From contig CAWDOY010000047.1 of NCBI GenBank assembly GCA_963803975.1, forward strand, positions 64,001 through 128,000: DNA of 64,000 bases. Direction: 5' to 3'. Below, one piece after another: positions 31,791-40,913 of the stretch. The stretch is from an uncultured delta proteobacterium (lineage in GTDB: Bacteria > Desulfobacterota > WTBG01 > CAIYCZ01). Position numbers and translations under genes: made by a program. The notes beneath the pieces were generated by a model that was given only the letters and a program-made list of their open reading frames with translations, searched no databases and was not told the origin of the DNA. Numbering within the stretch: position 1 is the first letter of the stretch; the number at the start of each line of letters is the position of its first letter.

Positions 31791-32789
31791 CTAACCTTCC
31801 GCCTTAAGCTTTTTCATCTCCTGCGTCATGGCAGGCACTACTTTAAATAGATCATCAACAATACCGTAGTCACATTTGGAGAATATGGGTGCTTCAGCGT
31901 CCTTGTTGACGGCTACAATCACCTTGGAGGTTCCCATGCCGGCATAGTGCTGTATTGATCCAGAGATACCGCAGGCGATATACAGATTGGGCGACACCAC
32001 TTTCCCGGTCTGTCCGACCTGCTCAGCCACCGGCTTCCAGCCGGCATCAACAGCAGCACGTGATGCACCTACGGTTGCACCGATAATCTCCGCCATATCT
32101 TCAAGCAGCTTGAAGCCTGCAGCTTCCTTCATGCCGCGGCCACCGGAAACAATGACTTCCGCCTCGGTGAGATCCACTTTCGCGGCAGCAGTTTTAATCG
32201 TTTCGACAATGGTCACACGGATGTCACCGGCTGCAAGTTCTGCGGCTACCTTTTCAACTGGCGCCTTCTTGGATGCATCAGGCGGCGTTGGAATAAGTAC
32301 GTTAGGCCGAATAGAAGCCATTATTACCGGCGCATTGGGGAATCCCACATCCGCATATACTTTACCTGCATACATAGGTCTCCGCACGCAGAAATTTCCG
32401 CTGTCATCGACTTTTAGTTCAGTACAGTCAGTAGCAAGGCCGGCGTTTACTTTGGCAGCAACTTTTGCAGACAGGTCTTTGCCGACCACGGTTGCGCCAA
32501 ACAGTACCATAGAGGGCTGCTGCTTGGTGATGATATCTGCCAGTGCTTTTGCATAACCGTCTGAGGTATAATTGGCAAGCAGCTCATGCTCCACGAAATA
32601 GACCTTATCTGCTCCATAAGAAGCGCACTGGTCAGCAACGCTCTCCGGTATATTCTTACCAAGAACAACAGCACATACCTCTTCGCCCTTTTTGGCGGCA
32701 ATTGATTTAACCGCGCTTAGTATCTCAAAGGTAACCTTTCTGACTGAAGTTTCAGTCAGCTCTGCGTATACCCAAATTCCTTTTCCCAT
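31791..32789 (-). CDS. etfA: Electron transfer flavoprotein alpha subunit
   Basis: VSGGRG, GASRAAVD, QVGQTGK, YIACGISGSIQH, NKD.EAPIF. Confidence 0.95.
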   Translation of the reverse strand: MGKGIWVYAELTETSVRKVTFEILSAVKSIAAKKGEEVCAVVLGKNIPESVADQCASYGADKVYFVEHELLANYTSDGYAKALADIITKQQPSMVLFGATVVGKDLSAKVAAKVNAGLATDCTELKVDDSGNFCVRRPMYAGKVYADVGFPNAPVIMASIRPNVLIPTPPDASKKAPVEKVAAELAAGDIRVTIVETIKTAAAKVDLTEAEVIVSGGRGMKEAAGFKLLEDMAEIIGATVGASRAAVDAGWKPVAEQVGQTGKVVSPNLYIACGISGSIQHYAGMGTSKVIVAVNKDAEAPIFSKCDYGIVDDLFKVVPAMTQEMKKLKAEG

Positions 32790-32854
32790 GGTTAGATCTC
32801 CTTTATCGTTATACTTATACAAAAACGTATTGCGTTTAATTACCGGCCGTCCCG

Positions 32855-33652
32855 TTAAATTGCCTTCGCTTCTTCGCGTAACAGTTTTACCAGTTTTAAA
32901 GCTTTTGCTTCCGGCGTCTCTCCATCAATAATTTGCGCAGCTTTCCGTTGCGGCGGGGCATAGCACTTCAGCACTTTTGATTTTGCGCCTGCAGCACCGA
33001 TTTGTGCAGCATCAAGCTTCAGATCAGCGGCTTTGACTGCCTTGATTTCTTTCTTTTTTGCTTTCATAATGCCGGGAAGCGAGGCATAACGCGGCTCATT
33101 GAGACCCTTCTGACAGGTAATAACTGCTGGAAGCGGTAATTCTAAAACTTCTTCTCCACCCACGATCTGGCGGTTCACTTTCACCTTCTTTTTATCCGAA
33201 GCGACTTCAACCTTTACCACCAAATTGGCATGCGGAATATTGAGGTATTCGGCAAGTGCCACAGCCACCTGGGCTGCATCATCATCAATCGCCTGTTTGC
33301 CGCAGAAGATAATATCATATTCCATACCTTTGATCTGCTCGGCCAGGGCACGGGCCGTCGTAAAGGCATCACCGCCATCCAGGGCCGGATCATCAAGGTG
33401 CACGGCTTTATCTGCACCCATTGCCAGTGCCGTCCTGATCGATTCAACACCCCGGTCCGGACCGAGGCAGGCAATAGTTACTGTTCCCTGACCAAATTTC
33501 TCTTTCAGTTTGAGTGCTTCTTCAACCCCATACTCATCATACGGATTAATAATAAACTTAACATCCTGTAAAAGAACATCAGAACCATCCGGCTTTACTC
33601 TGATCTGTGCTTCTGTATCAGGAACCTGTTTTAAACATACAATGCTATTCAC
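32855..33652 (-). CDS. etfB: Electron transfer flavoprotein beta subunit
   Basis: CLKQVPDT, NPYDEYGVEEAL, ALAMGAD, GKQAIDDD, NEPRYASL. GTG start. Confidence 0.95.
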   Translation of the reverse strand: MNSIVCLKQVPDTEAQIRVKPDGSDVLLQDVKFIINPYDEYGVEEALKLKEKFGQGTVTIACLGPDRGVESIRTALAMGADKAVHLDDPALDGGDAFTTARALAEQIKGMEYDIIFCGKQAIDDDAAQVAVALAEYLNIPHANLVVKVEVASDKKKVKVNRQIVGGEEVLELPLPAVITCQKGLNEPRYASLPGIMKAKKKEIKAVKAADLKLDAAQIGAAGAKSKVLKCYAPPQRKAAQIIDGETPEAKALKLVKLLREEAKAI

Positions 33653-33730
33653 GTCTACCTCCCTGTTTACATTAATTTATGATCTTTAAGCTGTTATACA
33701 AGCATCATCAGACTTTTGTTCAGTATGCAG

Positions 33731-33759
33731 TATTTACTCATACGCGGCTGATGTGTCAA
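33731..33759 (-). promoter_or_regulatory. Putative sigma70 promoter of etfBA
   Basis: Minus strand TTGACA-17nt-TAAATA. Confidence 0.45.
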
Positions 33760-33879
33760 GAATTTTTTCAAGCTATCTAAGCTATCTATTCAAGAATCTC
33801 TCCCCTGCTTGAACGGTGCGTAAACTCTATGGTTCATAGACGCTCTTTGAGCATGGTGCCTGGGTTTTTATCTATGTTT

Positions 33880-34166
33880 AAAAAAGGGGGGATTGGCAGT
33901 CAATCCCATCAATCAATCTACAGCAACTAAGGGTAATTTAGAGGGGATATTTGGGGTTATTTTTTTATTGGGGTGATAGGGGATTGACTGCCAATTTTCG
34001 AACATTTTGTTCTTCTATTTCGTTTCGTATTTGTCCATTAACCCGCTCCTTTTCAGGAGGGGGGCTGGCAATCAACCCATATCAGCAAGCGTTATCAGGT
34101 TGAAAATTCTTCTCCGAGGGGATTACAGGGTCCACAATCATCAGGTTGATTGCCAGCGAATTTTTC
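33880..34166 (-). ncRNA. Candidate tandem structured small RNA(s), two homologous stem-loop units
   Basis: Perfect inverted repeats 34064-34077/34144-34157 (14 bp) and 33892-33907/33980-33995 (16 bp), homologous with compensatory changes. Shared loop motif AUCCCCUC. Sigma54 promoter directly upstream; ends in C6-U6. Confidence 0.65.
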
Positions 34167-34177
34167 ATTGAATAGAG

Positions 34178-34194
34178 AGCAAAATAAATGCCAA
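34178..34194 (-). promoter_or_regulatory. Sigma54 (-24/-12) promoter
   Basis: Minus strand TTGGCATTTATTTTGCT, GG-N10-GC consensus. Confidence 0.75.
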
Positions 34195-34301
34195 GGCGAT
34201 AAATATTGCCATGGCATTTATAATTTATTGATTATGCTTTATTATTTATATTTTCAGCGGCTTATAAGCATTCCATTTTAGCAATAAACTGGCTCCCTGA
34301 A

Positions 34302-34408
34302 TTGCCATTTTGACAAAGCCATTATAACTACAGCATTATGTGATAAACATTCTAATATGAAAATGAACACTAATATAATGCAAAAACAGCTACTTGACAT
34401 ATTGACAA
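34302..34408. promoter_or_regulatory. Two palindromic putative enhancer (UAS) sites
   Basis: TTGCCA-TTT-TGACAA at 34302-34316 and TTGACA-TAT-TGACAA at 34394-34408, about 110 and 200 bp upstream of the sigma54 site. Confidence 0.55.
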
Positions 34409-34412
34409 CCGT

Positions 34413-35831
34413 TTATTCGTTCTCTTCTTTTTCGTCTTTGCTTTTATCAAATCTGCGATAAATTGTTCTTGTTGAAATTCCTAATATTTTTGAAGCAATA
34501 TTCTTATCATCTTTGAACTGCTTAAGCGTTGCTTCCATTACCATCCTTTCAATTTCCTTGAGAGGTGTTCCTATGGGGATGCTCAGCATACGTTCTGCAA
34601 CTGATAAAACTGGGTTCTCCTGGGCAGATTTGATTATTTCCTCCGGGATATCTTCTAGTGTTATTTGATCCCCACGTGTTAATACCACAGCCCGCTCAAC
34701 AGTATTTTCCAGCTCCCGCACATTCCCGGGCCAACTATATTTAGATAAAATTTCCAACGAATCCCTGGAAATTTCAATTAATTTTTTATCATTCTTTTGA
34801 CAATACATCTGCAAAAAATGATGGGCTAACAATGGAATGTCATCTATTCTTTCTCGCAAAGGTGGTATTTTAATATTAATGACATTTAGTCTATAGTATA
34901 AATCTTCACGGAATCGTTTGTTTTCTACTGCCTCTTTCAGGAGAATATTTGTTGCAGCAATAAGCCGAACATCTGCCTTGAAAGTTTTACCCCCCCCCAG
35001 CCGTTCAAACTCACCATTCTGGAGAACCCGGAGAAGTTTAACCTGAACTGAAGGAGTTATTTCACCCACTTCATCTAAAAACAGGGTGCCGCCATGGGCA
35101 AGTTCAAATCGTCCCTCCCTCCGGGCAATGGCCCCGGTAAACGCACCGCGCTCATAACCAAACAACTCAGCCTCAAGCAGTGTTTCAGGAAGTGCTGCAC
35201 AGCTTACTTTTATAAACGGTTTATCATTTCTTGTACTCTGGTCGAGAATTGCCTGGGCAATTACTTCTTTACCAACGCCACTTTCTCCCGTTATGAGAAC
35301 CGTAGCAGAACTGGACGCTACCTGTGAGACCAGTGCCAATACTTTTCTCATAGCCTGGCTTGTCCCAATAACATTTACTCCCCGTTGAGAAGTCTTTAAC
35401 CTTTTGTTTTCGCGACGCAGAGCAGGCTTTTCTAAAGCTTCTCCAACGATATCTACAACTATTTTCCTGTTCACCGGTTTTTGCAGCAGGTAAAACAGCC
35501 CGGAAGAATGCATAAGTTCGGCAGTATCTTCGACTGTTCCATGCCCGGTTATCATTATTACCTCAATCTCCGGTGATATTGCTTTTGCTGTTCTTAAAAG
35601 CGTTACGCCATCGACTTTAGGCATCTTGAGGTCAGTTAAAACGAGGGAAATCTCATGCCTCCGGAGAATAGTAATGCCTTCCTCTCCGTCACCAGCGGTC
35701 ATAACCGTATAACCTTGTTTTTGAAGAATCTTGGTGATACTGTCTCGAATCCCCGGCTCATCATCAACCACAAGGATTGGTTTTTCGCGGGTTAAGTTTA
35801 TTTGCTCTTCAAGATTATATATTTTTTGCAA
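34413..35831 (-). CDS. Sigma54-dependent NtrC/AtoC-family response regulator
   Basis: Receiver domain (VVDDE, DLKMP), GESGVGKE, GAFTGA, FLDEV, FREDLYYRL, WPGNVRELEN, C-terminal HTH. Confidence 0.95.
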   Translation of the reverse strand: MQKIYNLEEQINLTREKPILVVDDEPGIRDSITKILQKQGYTVMTAGDGEEGITILRRHEISLVLTDLKMPKVDGVTLLRTAKAISPEIEVIMITGHGTVEDTAELMHSSGLFYLLQKPVNRKIVVDIVGEALEKPALRRENKRLKTSQRGVNVIGTSQAMRKVLALVSQVASSSATVLITGESGVGKEVIAQAILDQSTRNDKPFIKVSCAALPETLLEAELFGYERGAFTGAIARREGRFELAHGGTLFLDEVGEITPSVQVKLLRVLQNGEFERLGGGKTFKADVRLIAATNILLKEAVENKRFREDLYYRLNVINIKIPPLRERIDDIPLLAHHFLQMYCQKNDKKLIEISRDSLEILSKYSWPGNVRELENTVERAVVLTRGDQITLEDIPEEIIKSAQENPVLSVAERMLSIPIGTPLKEIERMVMEATLKQFKDDKNIASKILGISTRTIYRRFDKSKDEKEENE

Positions 35832-35876
35832 TGTTCGATCCTTTAGTAAATAAAATGCAAGCCGCCATCACGGTGG

Positions 35877-37955
35877 TTACGCGTCCCCCTTGAGAAGTTT
35901 TATCGTAAACCGTGTACCCTCTTCCCGCCTGCTTTCACAAAATATTTCACCATTATGCTCGGTAATGATATGTTTGGTAATAGAGAGACCAAGACCGGTG
36001 CCGCCGACTTTAGTGCTGAAAAAAGGGGTAAATATCTGATCGAGGTTTTCATCTGCAATGCCTTCACCGCTATCCATAAAAACAACTTCAATCCATTTAT
36101 CTGCTGAACGGGTTGCAACATCAAGAGTTCCGCCGCCCTTCATGGCCTGAATTGCATTCCGGGTAATATTGATAAACGCCCGGCGAAGCTGTTCGTAATC
36201 AATCTGAGCAGGCGGCAAATTGGGCTCAAATGATTTTTTTAAGATAACTTTATTTACACGAAATTCTTCATTTAAAAAAGAAAAAATTTCCTGGAGAAGC
36301 TGATTAATATCGCCATTGAGCAGTGTTATGGTAGGGAGCCTCGTAAACTGCAGGTATTCATCTATTACTTTGTGCAGACTGTGCAATTCAAATTTAATTA
36401 TTGAAACAAGTTCTTTTGCTTCTTTTGTGTCTACCGTACTATATGCTTCGATTTCATCTTCCAGCAGCTCTGTATTTAATGTCAGTGCGCTCAATGGATT
36501 GCGGATTTCATGCGCTACCTGGGCCGACATCTTGCCAATGATCGCCAGTCGTTCATTCTGGATATTTTCAGCCTGCAGCAGTCTTTCTTTTGTTACATCT
36601 TTTACGTACTCGACAACCCTGACTGTTTTGCCGTTTCTATCTTTAAGCGGGAATGTGTAGAGGTGAAAATAATATTTCCTGCCTCCCAGCGTTATACTGA
36701 CCCGTTCCCTGAAAGCTGGCTGACCTGTTTCAAAGGTCTCTTTCGCCGGACAACCGAGGCAGAGTTCATCCCGCTGCAAAAATACTTCATGACATGGTTT
36801 GCCGAGTAAAAAATCAAGGGGCTTATCCTGCCAGCGGCATATTGCTTCATTCGCCGTGAGCACCCGGTAATATTGATCAATAATCGTAATGCCATCAGTA
36901 ATACCGTTAAAGACTTCCTGGCTCCATTGCAGGTTCTGATTTACCTGCTGATTTTTCTTTTCCTGCCACAGCAGCCACAGTGCACCAATTAAAATAGTGC
37001 CGATGAAACTCCCCAGAAACAGGGCCAGGCGTTTAGTGCTCTCGCTCAGCTGGTCTAACACCTCATTATACGGGGTAGACACACCGATTGACCACCCTAT
37101 TTCGCGCAGCGTGATCGGAGCATAGGCAATCAATTTTTTTGTCAGCCCTTTTGCTTCCGCATGCCAGCCGCTCACATATTCGCCCGTGCCTTCCTGACCT
37201 CTGACCATCTGCTGATTAACAATTTCTTCCAGCCTGCGGGAAGAAAACTCTGGCAAACCCCGTTTAGAAGCCTCTATTGCTTCTATTCCTTCCATGCTTT
37301 TATTAGGATGGGCAATAAGGATACCCCGGTTATCCACCATCCAGGCATAACCAGTCTTCCCTGACCGTATGGGATAAATAAATTTGTTCTTTATGCTGTT
37401 GAAATCAGCGATACAGCAGATCCATGCGGCAGGCTGCTGGTCGCTATCTGCCATAGGGACGCCAATAACAAAAGAGAAAATCGCACGCGGGCTGTCGCCG
37501 ATGGTGGTTATATTCGAAATAAAGGGAACACGGTTGGCCGCTCCGTTGGCAAGCACGCCAGTAAGCCCGATCGTATCCGCTGAAAAGGAAAAAGACTGCG
37601 GGGGATAGCTATAGATAATAGTCCCGTCCGGGTTTGCGAGAAACATGCAGAGTATCTGCCCCTGGTTATTCGCCAGCACAGAGCTGAATATTTTTTCCGC
37701 TGACCGGTTATGTTCCTCAGCCGAGGACAGGATATCTGCTGCAATTCTCAGGGTTCCTTCAATATTACTGATCAGTTCCCTGATACCCCGCGCAGCTTCC
37801 CGAACCAGAAAAAGCTGCTGTTCATTGAACGCATTGGCAGCGTTCAATTCCATAATACGATAGCTGTTAAAACCAATAGCGAGTATGCCCGCAATAATAA
37901 TAATGGTGGCAATCCATATTTTAAACATGGGAAGGAACAGTTTACCCATTCTCAT
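35877..37955 (-). CDS. Sensor histidine kinase (periplasmic Cache-like + PAS + HisKA/HATPase)
   Basis: Two TMs; TGYAWMVD..G.LIAHP; PAS; VAHEIRNPL, NAIQAM, DSGEGI, FFSTK..GTGLGL. Confidence 0.93.
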   Translation of the reverse strand: MRMGKLFLPMFKIWIATIIIIAGILAIGFNSYRIMELNAANAFNEQQLFLVREAARGIRELISNIEGTLRIAADILSSAEEHNRSAEKIFSSVLANNQGQILCMFLANPDGTIIYSYPPQSFSFSADTIGLTGVLANGAANRVPFISNITTIGDSPRAIFSFVIGVPMADSDQQPAAWICCIADFNSIKNKFIYPIRSGKTGYAWMVDNRGILIAHPNKSMEGIEAIEASKRGLPEFSSRRLEEIVNQQMVRGQEGTGEYVSGWHAEAKGLTKKLIAYAPITLREIGWSIGVSTPYNEVLDQLSESTKRLALFLGSFIGTILIGALWLLWQEKKNQQVNQNLQWSQEVFNGITDGITIIDQYYRVLTANEAICRWQDKPLDFLLGKPCHEVFLQRDELCLGCPAKETFETGQPAFRERVSITLGGRKYYFHLYTFPLKDRNGKTVRVVEYVKDVTKERLLQAENIQNERLAIIGKMSAQVAHEIRNPLSALTLNTELLEDEIEAYSTVDTKEAKELVSIIKFELHSLHKVIDEYLQFTRLPTITLLNGDINQLLQEIFSFLNEEFRVNKVILKKSFEPNLPPAQIDYEQLRRAFINITRNAIQAMKGGGTLDVATRSADKWIEVVFMDSGEGIADENLDQIFTPFFSTKVGGTGLGLSITKHIITEHNGEIFCESRREEGTRFTIKLLKGDA

Positions 37956-38267
37956 ATCCTCTTAATGTATCCAAATCGTGTTCAGTATGATTCACCAGAT
38001 ACGTACTGCTGCCATGCGCACTATTCTATGAGATGCGTGATGATCTGAAAAGAGTTGAAATAATAGGCAGGGAGTATCGGCAGTAAAATAGATGGCAATT
38101 AAACTCCCGTTCAATAAGGCTTCATAGTCTCTTCTTTTATTTAAAAGTATAACTGCCTTATGTATTAAAATCAATCAAAATTCATGCAACAGCTATGACA
38201 GGAGTTATATCGCAGGGTCACGCGCAAGGGAGAGGTTGAAAAGATAACAGGGGAGAACAGTTTTTGG

Positions 38268-38314
38268 CATAGGGCATTTGGCCGAGGCTTTAAGCCTCGG
38301 CCAAATGCCCTATG
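38268..38314. terminator. Long perfect hairpin downstream of acs
   Basis: CATAGGGCATTTGGCCGAGGCTT/AAGCCTCGGCCAAATGCCCTATG. Confidence 0.75.
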
Positions 38315-38324
38315 GTAACAATTG

Positions 38325-40308
38325 TTATTGTCTTCCTTGAACTAAAACATCTACTACGGCAGGATCAGCAAGGGTCGTGGTGTCACCCAGATCAGAAATT
38401 TGTCCTGCAGCAATCTTTTTCAGAATTCTTCGCATAATCTTTCCGCTTCGGGTCTTGGGAAGACCGTCTGCCCACTGAATCTTATCAGGGGTTGCAATGG
38501 GCCCGATTTCCTTGCGGACATGTGCGACAAGCTCCTTTTTGAGATCATCAGACTTTTCGACACCAACGTTCAGGGTAACGTAGGCATAGATACCTTCGCC
38601 TTTAATCTCATGGGGGAACCCGACAACCGCAGCTTCCGCGACCTTGGGATGGGCAACCAGCGCGCTCTCAACCTCGGCAGTTCCCATGCGGTGACCTGAA
38701 ACATTAATAACGTCATCCAGGCGGCCCATCAGGAAGAAGTCGCCGTCCTGGTCTTTGCGGGCGCCGTCACCGGTGTAGTATCTGTTAGGGAACTGGGTAA
38801 AGTAGGTGTCTTTAAACCGCTGATGATCTCCATAAACGGTTCTCATCATGCCGGGCCATGGTTTGGTAATAGTCAGGTATCCGCCTTCATTGACATCAGC
38901 AGGGGTTCCATTTTCACGGACAATCTCCGCAGCCACGCCAAAGAACGGCCGGTTTGCAGAGCCCGGCTTAATCTTCATGGCACCGGGAATCGGGGTGATA
39001 ATAAAACCGCCGGTCTCGGTCTGCCAGTAGGTGTCAACAATCGGACATCTCCCGCCGCCGATCTTGTTGTAGTACCACATCCATGCCTCAGGATTAATCG
39101 GCTCACCGACGGTGCCCAGGATCCGCAGGCTGCTCAGGTCAATTCCCTCAACCCATTTGTCGCCCTGTGCGGCGATGGCCCGGATTGCGGTCGGTGCGGT
39201 GTAGAACTGATTGACTTTGTATTTCTCAACAATCTTCCAGAACCGTGAATAATCAGGCCAGCTTGGCACACCTTCAAACATGACGCTTGCAGCGCCGTTT
39301 GACAGCGGGCCATAGACAATATAGCTGTGTCCGGTAACCCAGCCGATGTCTGCGGTGCACCAGAAGGTATCCTCATCCTTGAGATCAAAGACATATTTCA
39401 GCGTGGTAGTCACGTACAAGAGATAGCCAGCTGTCGTATGCAGCGCACCCTTGGGCTTTCCCGTTGAACCGCTGGTATACAGGATGAACAGTGGATCTTC
39501 AGCATCCATCTCTTCAGGCTTACAGTATGACCTTGATGTCTTTTGCATTCATCTCCTCATTCCACCAGGAATCGCGACCCTCTTTCATGGCGCACTTTGA
39601 GTTGGTCCGGTTGACAACCAGACAGGAGGTAACGCTGGGACATGTTTCAAGTGCCTGGTCAGCATTAGCCTTCAGGGGGACCGACTTTCCGTTCCGGTAG
39701 GAAGCATCGCTGGTGATGAGGACTTTTGCTTCACAGTCCTGAATTCTGTCTTTCAGGGCGTCTGCACTAAAGCCGCCGAATATGATACTGTGAATTGCGC
39801 CAATGCGTGCGCAGGCAAGCATGGCAATGGGAAGCTCGGGGATCATGGGCAGATAAATGGAAACCCGGTCGCCCTTCTTGACGCCTTTCTTCTTGAGAAC
39901 ATTGGCAAATTTATTCACCTCTGTATACAGCTCCATGTACGTGTAGGTGCGGGCTTCATCGACCGGCTCACCCTGCCACATGAGGGCTGCTTTGTTCTTT
40001 CTCCAGGTTTTTATATGGCGGTCAAGGCAGTTGTAGGAGATATTTAACTTTGATCCCTTAAACCACTCAACCTTTGCTTCCTTGAAATCATAGTTGAGCA
40101 CCTTATCCCACTTCTTGAAAAATTCTATGTTTTCATTTGCCATGTCGCCCCAGAATCCATCTGGATCCTCAATTGAGCGCTTGTACATCTTGTCATACTG
40201 CTCCATGCTGTTGATGTAAGCTGTCTTCTGCAGCTCCTTAGGGACGTCAAAGACCTTCCCCAGACTTGCTAATGTTGTCATTGTTTTTTTCTCTTCTGCC
40301 ATTTCCAT
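38325..40308 (-). CDS. acs: Acetyl-CoA synthetase (AMP-forming), split by a +1 frameshift near 39531
   Basis: [58 protein letters not shown]-terminal half in ORF 39520-40308. Confidence 0.95.
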
Positions 40309-40453
40309 CCTCCGTGTTAGTTTAACGATTTATGGTGTTCAACCCCTAAACGCCATGCTGAGTCAGTATAAAACCCCGTCTGTAATAAAGTTTTAAAGTC
40401 TGTGAAAACCGGCGAGGGGAAAATAATAAAGGCAAGTAATAAGTGAAAATAAT

Positions 40454-40469
40454 TCAAGTAGTATGCCAA
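40454..40469 (-). promoter_or_regulatory. Putative sigma54 promoter of acs
   Basis: Minus strand TTGGCATACTACTTGA (GG-N10-GA, non-canonical -12). The flank ATGCCAAGGCG is identical to that of the 34178 promoter. Confidence 0.5.
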
Positions 40470-40539
40470 GGCGTAAAATAATTTTTGCATGTTAATTCAG
40501 ATAGTTTTCCATGTCAATCTATTTTTTATTTCTCTTTAA

Positions 40540-40618
40540 TTGCCATATTGACAAGATGTGATTAAATTGATTACATAAAATTTATACGATATTAGCCGTT
40601 CGCCTGTCAAGTTGGCAA
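40540..40618. promoter_or_regulatory. Two palindromic putative UAS sites upstream of acs
   Basis: TTGCCA-TAT-TGACAA at 40540-40554; CTGTCA-AGT-TGGCAA at 40604-40618. Confidence 0.55.
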
Positions 40619-40913
40619 ATGATAATCTAAAAGTTATGTAAATGCCGTCTTTTTAATTTATTTTTTTCATGCTGCTCTCTCAGTACGGACTCTGCCCTGG
40701 AAGAAACAATAGCGGTTAAAGTAACCAGTTCGTTATGAAGAATACATGGTAAAATAAGAAGTTTGAAGATTGCGCTCAGAATCCATCTGCTGTGCAGCGG
40801 GGTCCTTTACTTTCTTTGTGGCTCATTATTTGCACTCAATCTAAATAAAAACATTTTTCAATATCATTATTTGAAATGGAAGCTCATTAATAATCAGAGC
40901 ATAATTACAAAAT

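Noticed and set aside
33880..34166. Known riboswitch or simple terminators in the etfB leader
   Set aside because: No aptamer consensus recognised; loops of 66-72 nt are too long for terminators; etfB has a separate sigma70-like promoter.
38325..40308. Programmed frameshifting in acs or argD
   Set aside because: No slippery heptamer or stimulatory structure; the pattern matches indel errors.
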